Below, in pieces: positions 9,792-18,904 of a DNA stretch of 64,000 nucleotides (positions within the stretch are counted from its first letter, which is position 1; every line of letters begins with the position of its first letter). This DNA is from a virus. A model generated the notes under the pieces. That model was not told where the DNA came from, ran no database searches, and worked only from the letters and a program-made list of their open reading frames with translations. Location of the stretch: positions 55,557 to 119,556 of the IMG/VR virus record IMGVR_UViG_3300042884_000193. The stretch is one strand, 5' to 3'. The position numbers were made by a program, and so were the translations under genes.

Positions 9792-11360
9792 TTATCGGTT
9801 GTCCGCGTTAGGATCAATTGGGTCGCAAGTCTCTGGACAAGCATATGTTGTCAAAGTAGTACAGCCGCTACCTGCGTTGCTCAACCAAGCTTCAACAAAG
9901 CCTTCAAATGCTACGTTGTAGTTAGTAGTTGCAGACAATACACTTGTTGCATCTAATGCTACAGTTATAGGTGCTGTTGCACTACCTAAAGTAATTGTGA
10001 ATACTGTAGTACTTACTACTTCATAGATGTAAGCATTAGCAACGATAGTACCCGTTCCACCTGTTAAAGTAACAACCATACCTGGTAACAAACCTGCTGT
10101 AGAAGCTACAGTGATTGTACCATAAGCTGGAATAGCACCTGCAGCAGCAGTACTTGTAGAAGCAGCAGTTGAATCAATACCTGCAACAACATTATCCTCA
10201 GTTACAACAATTTGCAACAAGTACTGATCATTATCAAATACACCAGTTGGGTTGTTAAAGCGGGGAACATTGTGCTGAATATAATAGCTAGTATAGAAAG
10301 CATTGCGATTAATTGTATCATACACGTCTGTACCATTAGTGATCTCACGGATACGCAAGTCAGATCCAGTATAGAAAGGTTGTTGCATGTAGGCTTCAGT
10401 TAAGATAAGCTGACGAATAACATTCTCTCCTGTTCCTTTTAATTGCTGAGGGGTACAAGTATCATTAACACAGATACCTGTGAAAGCACAAGGATCTCCA
10501 TTAAGATCTACTTCAGAAGCATAGATTTTAACTGGCTCTAAGAAAGCAATGATAGAATCATTAGGGTAGAAAGTACAGTCTTGGAAACGTGTATCAACAT
10601 AAGCTCCTGTAATAATCAAACCAGCACCGTCAGTAGCATCAGCAGGGTCAACTACAGGAAGAGATGCTGGATTCTGAATGTAACCTAATAATAGATCTAA
10701 GTTTGTCGTAGAAGATGTACCATCTCCAAGCTCAGTCCAAGACCCACCACTGTTAGTTGTATAAGTAATCGCAACTTGAATAAATGGATTAACCAATGGA
10801 GAGTTCAACAATTGGTAAGCCCACTGTACGTATACAATCAAAGGATTTACAGCTACTGGAGCAATTGCATCAGCTGGACAACATCCAGTGTAACCAGCGG
10901 CAGTATAATAACTATTACGAGTTAATGTACGTAATACTGGAGAACCTTTGATGTCTACACGCAAGTTGTAAGTTTCACCGCAAAGGAAATCTTTAGTGCA
11001 AGTACCACCAAATTCATAGTCTGTATCACCTACTACAATTTGAGCTTGTTGAGAAGGACAAGATTCTACTTTGTAGAAAGATGATACATACTTAGGGTTG
11101 ATAGTCTTAGACTTTACAGACTCAGAATATCCACCGTGGAATGGACCAATTTTGTCATTAGGGTGAATAGAACCTGATACAAGTACCAATGGGCACTTTA
11201 AAGCAGTTGATGGATCAAGATCCGTAGGGATAGTCCAAGTTTTTGGATCAACAAAAGTAAACTGACCTAGAGTTAAGTCACTTGTTGATAATCCTGGATC
11301 AGTAACAAAACCATTGTATCCTACAAAGGTTTTCTGAAAGGCATGATTAAAATACGACAT
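9792..11360 (-). CDS. Auxiliary capsid/structural protein (putative)
   Basis: 522 aa; has its own terminator and shares a leader sequence with the MCP gene; synteny with the crAss capsid block. Confidence 0.55.
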   Translation of the reverse strand: MSYFNHAFQKTFVGYNGFVTDPGLSTSDLTLGQFTFVDPKTWTIPTDLDPSTALKCPLVLVSGSIHPNDKIGPFHGGYSESVKSKTINPKYVSSFYKVESCPSQQAQIVVGDTDYEFGGTCTKDFLCGETYNLRVDIKGSPVLRTLTRNSYYTAAGYTGCCPADAIAPVAVNPLIVYVQWAYQLLNSPLVNPFIQVAITYTTNSGGSWTELGDGTSSTTNLDLLLGYIQNPASLPVVDPADATDGAGLIITGAYVDTRFQDCTFYPNDSIIAFLEPVKIYASEVDLNGDPCAFTGICVNDTCTPQQLKGTGENVIRQLILTEAYMQQPFYTGSDLRIREITNGTDVYDTINRNAFYTSYYIQHNVPRFNNPTGVFDNDQYLLQIVVTEDNVVAGIDSTAASTSTAAAGAIPAYGTITVASTAGLLPGMVVTLTGGTGTIVANAYIYEVVSTTVFTITLGSATAPITVALDATSVLSATTNYNVAFEGFVEAWLSNAGSGCTTLTTYACPETCDPIDPNADNR

Positions 11361-11428
11361 GTTTTTTTGTTTTTAAGGGTTATAAATATATATTCAATAT
11401 AAGAAGAACTTTTATATTCTCCAAATTT

Positions 11429-12019
11429 TTACAAATAATCTTTCATCTCATGGTCAAGTAAGCGCATTGCTGTCTTGTCTGTACCAAAAGCATTGAGCTG
11501 GTCTACCCAGTTTTGCATCTTGTTATGCTCTTCTACCTGCTCTTTTAGATACGCTAATGCAAACTCATATAACATATGATCTGCTTTCTTCATAGCATCA
11601 TTTGCTAAATCTTTAATCTGCTTAGTTATGGTAATTTCATGGTCATAAGACATTTCAATAATTTCAGGCAATCCTGAAAAAGTTTGATTTGGTGCATCTA
11701 ACTTAGGAGTCATTGGCTGTACGCCCATAGATAACAAGTAAGTTCTTGCTAAATCTGAATGAGCCATTTCCTCATTAGAGTACTTACGCCAAATTTTAGC
11801 AGCATTAACATAACCGTTATTATCTAACCACATAGACATAGCCAAGTAGATTCTACCTGAGTATTCTTCTTGTTGTACGCGATAGTTTAAATACTCTACG
11901 CAGTCATCTGACAATAGTATGTTCTTACCTTTAGTAGGTATTGCTTTCTTTAAAGTTGCTTGTGGTGCTGTTGTACCTACGACTTCTCTCTTTAGTAAAT
12001 TTCTTGGTTGTTCGGCCAT
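11429..12019 (-). CDS. Non-heme ferritin-like protein
   Basis: Ferroxidase pattern QEEYSGRIYLAMSMW...EEMAH...HEITIT...EQVEE. Confidence 0.85.
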   Translation of the reverse strand: MAEQPRNLLKREVVGTTAPQATLKKAIPTKGKNILLSDDCVEYLNYRVQQEEYSGRIYLAMSMWLDNNGYVNAAKIWRKYSNEEMAHSDLARTYLLSMGVQPMTPKLDAPNQTFSGLPEIIEMSYDHEITITKQIKDLANDAMKKADHMLYEFALAYLKEQVEEHNKMQNWVDQLNAFGTDKTAMRLLDHEMKDYL

Positions 12020-12030
12020 TATTGCATGTA

Positions 12031-12735
12031 TTATGAGTTTTCTTCACTAGAGCTTTGAGCAATTTGATATTGAGTAATTGACTCTATATCACCTGCTAAA
12101 ACTTGCACAGCGTCATCAACAATAGTTTCAGCGACATCATCTTTAAATTCACAAGGAACATCTGATGTAACTACAAAACCTGTGTATGGATTAACACAGC
12201 CTAAAATTTGTATCTCAACTGGATTTCTATAGTAGATAAGGTTAACTGTATCTATAGTAAAATCTGATTCTGTATATACTTTAATCTTGTTACCGGCTAA
12301 GGTACAAAATGTTTCTGCCCATTCAAAACTAGGCTTCTTGTTGGTATCACGTAGCAGAATTGCTGCATTAGCCTCCTCAGCTAAATAAACAATCATGCGC
12401 CTTGGATTAGGGCAACAGTCACTAGAGGCATAAGCATCAATTCTCTTAAACTCCATGTAGTCTGGAGGTAATGATTCTGACATTACATAATCAGGCATGT
12501 TAACAGTTGAGAGAGCTGTTGTTGTTAGCAAGGGTTGAAGATCATCAATTTTCCTTTTTGATTGCTCATCACCTTGCTTTTGGATATTAATACCTGCAAG
12601 TTGTCGACGGACCCATTGGATCTGTGCTTTATTAAAAGCCTCAACAATCTGCCAGCACTCTATGTTATCATAGTCATTACTAGCAAGCTTGTTAAGCCTT
12701 TGTTTTATTTTAATTTGCAGGGTTGAGTTGTTCAT
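12031..12735 (-). CDS. Ring/head-tail connector protein (crAss conserved)
   Basis: 234 aa; FNKAQIQWV and LIYYRNP motifs; synteny. Confidence 0.55.
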   Translation of the reverse strand: MNNSTLQIKIKQRLNKLASNDYDNIECWQIVEAFNKAQIQWVRRQLAGINIQKQGDEQSKRKIDDLQPLLTTTALSTVNMPDYVMSESLPPDYMEFKRIDAYASSDCCPNPRRMIVYLAEEANAAILLRDTNKKPSFEWAETFCTLAGNKIKVYTESDFTIDTVNLIYYRNPVEIQILGCVNPYTGFVVTSDVPCEFKDDVAETIVDDAVQVLAGDIESITQYQIAQSSSEENS

Positions 12736-12908
12736 TATCCTTTAACTCTTTTTAATCTTGGGTTTTTAGCTTTTGCTTTAGCAGAAGCCTTGCGTGTGCT
12801 AGTAGCTAAGATAGCTCCAGCAGCTTTTTTAGAAATGCCTTGTTTAGCAGCAATCTTAGATTGCACTGATTTAAAACCAGGATGTGCCGAATTACTCTTT
12901 TTCATCAT
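12735..12908 (-). CDS. Small basic protein (57 aa)
   Basis: Not in the ORF track. MMKKSNSAHPGFKSVQSKIAAKQGISKKAAGAILATSTRKASAKAKAKNPRLKRVKG; its stop overlaps the next ATG. Confidence 0.75.
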   Translation of the reverse strand: MMKKSNSAHPGFKSVQSKIAAKQGISKKAAGAILATSTRKASAKAKAKNPRLKRVKG

Positions 12909-12916
12909 CTATACTT

Positions 12917-13171
12917 TTAACATTTCCACTTTCTAAGTGACTTATTGATTCTGCTATCAGGATCATTAGCTGTCTTAGAGCTTGTAAGTTTCTTTTTCAT
13001 ACCAGACATTCTAGCACAAAAGCTTTTCTTTCTAGCTCCGCCCTCTGGTTGCGGTGCCTTCAATCCGGGTTTGCCAGGATTGGCTTTGTTATAAGAAGCA
13101 CGTCCTTTAGCATTAAGACCACCACTTGGTGCCTTACCCTCTTTTCTTTGCCATGCTGGTGACTTTGCCAT
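12917..13171 (-). CDS. Small basic phage protein (DUF6321-like)
   Basis: MAKSPAWQRKEGK..GGLNAKGRASY...RKKSFCARM...LRKWKC is a widespread phage family, recognised from memory. Confidence 0.7.
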   Translation of the reverse strand: MAKSPAWQRKEGKAPSGGLNAKGRASYNKANPGKPGLKAPQPEGGARKKSFCARMSGMKKKLTSSKTANDPDSRINKSLRKWKC

Positions 13172-13578
13172 TATTTCTTTTTTTTAACAGTTCCCCCCGC
13201 TTTACGATGCTGTATTTGTGCATTTAATATTGAAAGTTTGTCTCCTGCACGACCGGCCTTAGTAGCTATTCTATTCCCCAAGTTAAAGTTATTATTTTCA
13301 TATGCACTTCTTGCTCTATTTTCCAAATTGGCACTTCTGTTAGTCAAGAAATTTTTCTTAACGTTTTCAGAAAAGGTAGCCTTAGGATCATTTTGTTTAA
13401 AAATACCACCTTCCTCGTATTTCTTAACAGATTTAGCTTTAATCTTTTTCTCTTGCTTAAGCATTTGCGCAGTAGGTTTCTTTCCAGAACCTTTGTTAGC
13501 GCGAATGTTATCCCAAAGTCCTCTTTGAGATGTACTTCCATCTTTGCGCTTAAGCATTTGTTTACTTTTTGCAGCCAC
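13171..13578 (-). CDS. Lys-rich basic protein
   Basis: GTG start; RGLWDNIRA motif; YEEGG and RKAGG motifs. Confidence 0.65.
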   Translation of the reverse strand: MAAKSKQMLKRKDGSTSQRGLWDNIRANKGSGKKPTAQMLKQEKKIKAKSVKKYEEGGIFKQNDPKATFSENVKKNFLTNRSANLENRARSAYENNNFNLGNRIATKAGRAGDKLSILNAQIQHRKAGGTVKKKK

Positions 13579-13696
13579 AGCTAGTCATTTTTGTGGGATA
13601 CACAGAACTCAAAGCACCACCTCTTTTAAAGGTAGGCTTTGAATTAGCATATCCAATTAATGATTTCTTTTCAGCAGTATTTACAATCTTGCTCAT
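13562..13696 (-). CDS. Small basic protein (44 aa)
   Basis: Not in the ORF track. MSKIVNTAEKKSLIGYANSKPTFKRGGALSSVYPTKMTSCGCKK. Confidence 0.55.
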   Translation of the reverse strand: MSKIVNTAEKKSLIGYANSKPTFKRGGALSSVYPTKMTSCGCKK

Positions 13697-13698
13697 TA

Positions 13699-14586
13699 TT
13701 ACTTTTTACCACCTTTTTTGTACATACCACCTTTGTTATACATGCCTCCTTTGTTGTACATAGGTGACATTTTACTACCAGCTCTTCCTCCTCGCTTCTT
13801 TTCACTAAGATCAACAATTTTAGTACCTGCTTTCTTCAAGCGAGTTGAGATAACAGAATTTGATCTTGATGAAGATGATCCACCTTCAGCATTAGAGCTA
13901 GAGTTAGCCTTAGAAGATCCTCCTGTTGCACCAGCATCACTTCTTGATGCAGGATTTGCCTGCACTTTAGTTGTTTGGTTATTGCTGTTAACATTAGTAG
14001 TAGTTGAAACAGATTCAGGATTTTTTCCACCACGCAATACTTCAGCAGTGCGTCTAGCTTTTGCATCTCTAACACCACCTAATACTTCTTCTTTTCTAAC
14101 TTTTTTATTCCAACGTCCTTCTTGACGAGCTGCTTTATCAGCTGCTTTGTTTGCTGCTTTAGTTGCTGCTTTATCTTGTCTTATATCAGCTCTTTCGGAT
14201 CTGCCCTGAACACGTGTAGTACGTCTATCTTGACGATCTTGACGTCTGTCTGCAGCACCAGGACCTTTACCAGCTATGGCTTTAACTGTATTTTTAACTC
14301 CTCTACCTACGGCAGAAGCAGCATCAGCAACAGCATATCTAGCATCATCTAGAGCATATCCAACATCAAATGCTACACCTTTAGCTGTATTTTTGTCTTT
14401 TGATACACCTTTTTTAACAACTGTTTTAAGATAAGGACCATCAGTGCGCTTTATCACTGATTTTTTAATATCACCTTTTCTATTTCGAACAACAGTTTCT
14501 TTAATAGAATAAGGACTTCCATCACCAACAATAGGAGTGGTTGTTGTAGTTCTTCTAGGAACTTTGGGTTTTTTACTTGTTGCCAT
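13699..14586 (-). CDS. Basic low-complexity protein with C-terminal MYxKGG repeats
   Basis: 295 aa, rich in K/R/A/S; ends MYNKGGMYNKGGMYKKGGKK. Confidence 0.7.
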   Translation of the reverse strand: MATSKKPKVPRRTTTTTPIVGDGSPYSIKETVVRNRKGDIKKSVIKRTDGPYLKTVVKKGVSKDKNTAKGVAFDVGYALDDARYAVADAASAVGRGVKNTVKAIAGKGPGAADRRQDRQDRRTTRVQGRSERADIRQDKAATKAANKAADKAARQEGRWNKKVRKEEVLGGVRDAKARRTAEVLRGGKNPESVSTTTNVNSNNQTTKVQANPASRSDAGATGGSSKANSSSNAEGGSSSSRSNSVISTRLKKAGTKIVDLSEKKRGGRAGSKMSPMYNKGGMYNKGGMYKKGGKK

Positions 14587-14603
14587 TATATTATGGGATT
14601 GAA

Positions 14604-14792
14604 TTAGTATTTATCAGGTTTAGCTTGTGGTTTATTTACTCCACCAGATTTTGCATTTTTAGGTGCGCTGTTCTGTGCAGTAGCTTTTGCATTTAAACCT
14701 ACATATGTGCCACTTGATTTAGGTGCACGCTCTACTGTAACGGGTGTGTTTAAGTTTACCCACACTCCACATGCTGAATTCTTTGTTTTCAT
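14604..14792 (-). CDS. Small basic hypothetical protein
   Basis: 62 aa with an internal repeat (VNLNTPVTVERAPKS / VGLNAKATAQNSAPKN). Confidence 0.55.
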   Translation of the reverse strand: MKTKNSACGVWVNLNTPVTVERAPKSSGTYVGLNAKATAQNSAPKNAKSGGVNKPQAKPDKY

Positions 14793-14830
14793 TTTGATAT
14801 ATAAATATTAAGTTGTTATATTAAAGATAA

Positions 14831-15850
14831 TCATTGATTCCAATACTTTTCTACTTTTTTGGTTAAATCTACCAAAATTTCTTCATTTAAAGGATTAGTA
14901 AGATACTCTACAACATCTGGTTGGTTACGACCTAGTAGCACATTTTTATCTTTATGGTAGATAAATCCATCAGCTTTAGCTACAATAAACTTATAGTAAG
15001 TTGCATCTTTAACCAAAGACTTAATTTTCAAAGTCTCCATGCTAAAGTTACATGCATCTAAAAACTGTTGAGCTGCACGATTAGCACTTTTCTCAGAACC
15101 TTCTCCGGTAATATAGGTATCCATGTTGTCATAGATAATATCATTTGGTGTGTTCTTCTTGTACTGAGCACTTGCACTATCAACAACTTTAGCTATATAC
15201 CATAGTTTGTTTGTATTCTTATCAAATAGTTTTTGTAACTCAGACAAAGCTTTATTACGTAACTTCTTAGTTTCTGTTTTAGTAGATACGGTTTCAACAT
15301 GCTTATCCAAGTAAAACTTAGGAACCGGCATTTTTGATCTTGCATCTTCATAGCTTTTAGCAACGATGCTAAAGCCACCTGCATTAATCGCATACATCTT
15401 AACTAGATCATAAGGATCTTTAGGATCAAGAAATACTGGATCATTACCACACTTTAATTCAAGTTTAGACCAGAAATCATCATTGTCAGGTCTAAGCAAT
15501 TTAACTTTTGCCCAAAAGTCTTTGTCCTCTACATCAAGAACATTTGCTGCAAGCTCTCTTTCAATTTCTGCAACCACATTTCTAATTTCTTTAATTACAG
15601 CAGCTCTTACTTCTGGATCAGGAATGTTTTTAACATCTGGTGCAAATTCATTAAGCCCTGTTACATATCTTTTAATTCCATTGAATTCTAGACATGCTAA
15701 TTGTTCAATATGTTTTACTCCCTCATAGAGAGACATTCCGTATTTCTCTAATCCCATATTTGATATTCTGTCATCAAAATATGGTTTAATTGCTATTGGT
15801 GAGCGCTTAGTCTCTGAGTAACGCTCTACTTTTGTAAATGATGTTGACAT
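14831..15850 (-). CDS. Conserved crAss-like protein immediately downstream of MCP
   Basis: 339 aa; position matches the conserved post-MCP gene of Crassvirales. Confidence 0.6.
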   Translation of the reverse strand: MSTSFTKVERYSETKRSPIAIKPYFDDRISNMGLEKYGMSLYEGVKHIEQLACLEFNGIKRYVTGLNEFAPDVKNIPDPEVRAAVIKEIRNVVAEIERELAANVLDVEDKDFWAKVKLLRPDNDDFWSKLELKCGNDPVFLDPKDPYDLVKMYAINAGGFSIVAKSYEDARSKMPVPKFYLDKHVETVSTKTETKKLRNKALSELQKLFDKNTNKLWYIAKVVDSASAQYKKNTPNDIIYDNMDTYITGEGSEKSANRAAQQFLDACNFSMETLKIKSLVKDATYYKFIVAKADGFIYHKDKNVLLGRNQPDVVEYLTNPLNEEILVDLTKKVEKYWNQ

Positions 15851-15890
15851 GTTTGTTGGTTTTATTTTTTATTGGTTTTGTAAAGATAGT

Positions 15891-15921
15891 AAAAAGGGGG
15901 AGATTTTAACCTCCCCCTTTT
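15891..15921 (-). terminator. Rho-independent terminator after MCP
   Basis: aaaaagggggag-attttaac-ctccccctttt. Confidence 0.8.
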
Positions 15922-15936
15922 ACAGATTATTTAAGA

Positions 15937-17556
15937 TTAGAATGATCCGCCAGTGATTGGGTTACGCATAACAATTTTCAATACTTTGGTTGGGTCTTTA
16001 ACCCAGATTGCAGGCATTGTTTGTGTCATGTATACACGGTATCCATTGAATTGTCCAGAAGACGCAAAGCCTTGGCTACGTCCCATGTAATCCATAGTTC
16101 CGTTTTGGTACCACCACTTTAATTGATTATCCCAAGATAATTTCAACAAGAAGATGTTGTCATTAGTATTATCTGTGATATCAAAGATGATGAAGCTATA
16201 AGAAGACAATGGGAAACCATCAATGATTGGGTTTTCAATGTCATTAGTATGTAAGTTGTCAAACGCTGGGTTAAGCACAAACTTCACGTTAGCCAAGAAT
16301 GGGATAACATAAGAAGTGTAAGCAAATCCAAAGTTCAAGTCCATACCTTGACCAGTGATTGCTCCGATGTCAGCAGCTTGGATCAACAAACCTGAAGACA
16401 TTGCTTCACGCTTGATTGCCTCATTAACCATACGCATACCACCCATACCTGTTTGTACAATCAACTGACGCTTAGGATCTGGACCTTGGAAGTCAACCTT
16501 ACCAGCGTAGAAGTTATACAATTCAGAACGGAATAAGTCAAGGTTAAAACCAGACTTGTTATATACGCGCTTAAATGAGTTGTCCAATTGCTTCCAAAGA
16601 CCCACAGATAAACGCAAGTCATCTGGACCGTCTTGACGCACACGACCACCTTGTCCCCACATTAAGTAAGTCTCGATGTCATTTGCAACTTTAGCCAAGT
16701 GAGCTGCTTCCATTGCAGTTAAGAAAGTGCGGCTTAAAGATCCGTTAGACATAGCACGCTTAACATAATCCTTACCCATACGCGAAACCATAGTATCTAG
16801 GTTAGCTACAGATGGATCCATGTTTTTGTCAAAGTTACGCCAGATCTCTACTACAGGTACAGTACCATCAGCATTCATACCACCCTTAAGCATAAGGTCA
16901 GCACGAGAAGATACAGAATAGTGTACGTGAGCTTCAGTTCCTCCTACAAAGTTGTAGAATTCACGGAAACCAGTAGCAGTAGTGATGTCAGAGAAACGCT
17001 CTCCGTACTCACCACGAGCAGAACCTTTACGGAAGATTTTAGTACCTGGTACAAGATAGTTAGTTGATAACGAGAAAGAGCTATCATTGTTTACCAATTG
17101 TACAGTGTACAAGAAACCATCACCTAGAGGAACAATGTCATCTACAGTAATGTACATCTCAGCACCGTTGTACTTGTCATAAGTGATGATATCACCATGT
17201 CCAAATTCACGACGTGACAATTTGATTCTAAATGTAGTACCATCAGCACCTACTGTTGTAGCGCCATCTAATTCTACATCATCAACAATGTAAGGAAGAT
17301 CTAATACAACTGGTGTTTGCCACTTGTACTCTCCACGAGCATTGTCAACATTAATTACATTCTTTCCACCAAAGCTAGACATTTGGTACAAAGGCATTTC
17401 TACCTTTTGCGCCATTGCCCAAAGATCTACTGGTCCTAAATCCATAGGTTCAGAGTTCTTGAGCATGTTAACCAAGTGGTAAGAATCTACGTGTGAGCTA
17501 GCGGTGTAGCTGGTATCCCGCAGAAATATACCATTGTTTAAAACTGGAGTTGCCAT
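15937..17556 (-). CDS. Major capsid protein
   Basis: 539 aa in the terminase-portal-scaffold-MCP order; codon usage visibly differs from neighbours (highly expressed style); strong terminator; GLWKQL and IWVKDPTK motifs. Confidence 0.85.
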   Translation of the reverse strand: MATPVLNNGIFLRDTSYTASSHVDSYHLVNMLKNSEPMDLGPVDLWAMAQKVEMPLYQMSSFGGKNVINVDNARGEYKWQTPVVLDLPYIVDDVELDGATTVGADGTTFRIKLSRREFGHGDIITYDKYNGAEMYITVDDIVPLGDGFLYTVQLVNNDSSFSLSTNYLVPGTKIFRKGSARGEYGERFSDITTATGFREFYNFVGGTEAHVHYSVSSRADLMLKGGMNADGTVPVVEIWRNFDKNMDPSVANLDTMVSRMGKDYVKRAMSNGSLSRTFLTAMEAAHLAKVANDIETYLMWGQGGRVRQDGPDDLRLSVGLWKQLDNSFKRVYNKSGFNLDLFRSELYNFYAGKVDFQGPDPKRQLIVQTGMGGMRMVNEAIKREAMSSGLLIQAADIGAITGQGMDLNFGFAYTSYVIPFLANVKFVLNPAFDNLHTNDIENPIIDGFPLSSYSFIIFDITDNTNDNIFLLKLSWDNQLKWWYQNGTMDYMGRSQGFASSGQFNGYRVYMTQTMPAIWVKDPTKVLKIVMRNPITGGSF

Positions 17557-17588
17557 GTTTTTTTTATTTATTTAAGGGTTAAGTTAAT

Positions 17589-18806
17589 TTATCGTTTAAA
17601 AAAGTTATCATTTCTAGGTATGCGGCGTTGAACTTTCTCCTCTCTTTCTACTACCGGAGTACTAGATGTTTTACGAGCTTCTTCACTTTTCAACTGACGC
17701 ACAGTTTTTTCTACTTGCTCATTCTTGCCGCTGTCCTTTATCTTATTTCTGTATCCTACAGGATCAGCTAATAACCAAAGTGCCTCAGCAATCAATGGGT
17801 AGTTTGGTTCTACATATTGGTGTTTCTCTAGCAAGTGACCTAACATATTTGTAGGTTTACCTGACATAGATGGGTAGTTAGGTTGTACAAGACCAGCATA
17901 TAACATACCCTGTGTCTTCTTATCTAACTTAATTCCATTAAGTTCACCAGGCTGTAAAGTTGTATATACATTATGTACATATGCTTTAGCAGCTTCCTGT
18001 TGTTGTGATCTTATTTGCTCTTGTTGAGCAAGCTTTTGAGCAACAACAGATTCTTGCATTTTGTCCAACTTTGGTTTGAACTTTAATGCCTTAGCTTCTA
18101 GATCACCACGATCTCTCCAGTCTTCAATTTCTTCTTCAATATCAGCGGTAGTACCAAAGTTTGTAGCTCTCAAGTACTCACGTACTATCTGCTCTTGGTC
18201 ATCTGCTTTCTTAGGATTTAATTCTCTTACTTCCTCAACTTGAGCAAGTACTTTAAATAATCCTTTTAAGTCATCACCGCCATCTGCTACATATTTAGCA
18301 GCAGCTTGAAGTTCCTCTGGAAGAGCTTCAAAGAATTCTACAGGTGTTTCCTGACGTATTCTATTTTCTCTTTCACTGAAGTTGGCTTCTAAAAGCTCTT
18401 CAAAATCTTTAATTGAATATTCATCAAGAGACTTATCATCATCAAAAGGTACAATTTGTCCCTTCTCAATAAGCTTATTCATTACCTCAGCCATTCCGCT
18501 TTTGTCAAGCTTAGGGCGACCTCCTGATTTTTTAGTTTCAGATTCATCATCTGAAGCCATAACAGGATCAATGTCTTTTAGAATATCATCAATAGATTCT
18601 GGTGCTTTCTGTCCCTGTGGATCTTCTTCATCCTCAGGATTGTCAATAAAAGAAAGATCTTCATTCCTAGGACTAAAAATACTAGGCTTTGTTTCTTTCT
18701 CAGGGAGCACAACGCTTTCTGCACCCGGTGTTCCTAGAATTTCATCTAGGTTCATTTCTACTTGTGCTACTTCCGTAACATCGGTATTTATATTATCTAA
18801 GCTCAT
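17589..18806 (-). CDS. Scaffold-like acidic protein between portal and MCP
   Basis: Acidic N-terminus and coiled coil; likely start is MSLDNINT at 18806, preceded by AAACCAACAAACA (ORF track extends to 18848). Confidence 0.65.
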   Translation of the reverse strand: MSLDNINTDVTEVAQVEMNLDEILGTPGAESVVLPEKETKPSIFSPRNEDLSFIDNPEDEEDPQGQKAPESIDDILKDIDPVMASDDESETKKSGGRPKLDKSGMAEVMNKLIEKGQIVPFDDDKSLDEYSIKDFEELLEANFSERENRIRQETPVEFFEALPEELQAAAKYVADGGDDLKGLFKVLAQVEEVRELNPKKADDQEQIVREYLRATNFGTTADIEEEIEDWRDRGDLEAKALKFKPKLDKMQESVVAQKLAQQEQIRSQQQEAAKAYVHNVYTTLQPGELNGIKLDKKTQGMLYAGLVQPNYPSMSGKPTNMLGHLLEKHQYVEPNYPLIAEALWLLADPVGYRNKIKDSGKNEQVEKTVRQLKSEEARKTSSTPVVEREEKVQRRIPRNDNFFKR

Positions 18807-18904
18807 TGTTTGTTGGTTTATAATATTAATATAGGCAAAAGTATTCATTTAAACTTTTAAGATTTTAAAATCTCAAAAATTAAAGTTGATCATATAGCTA
18901 ATGG

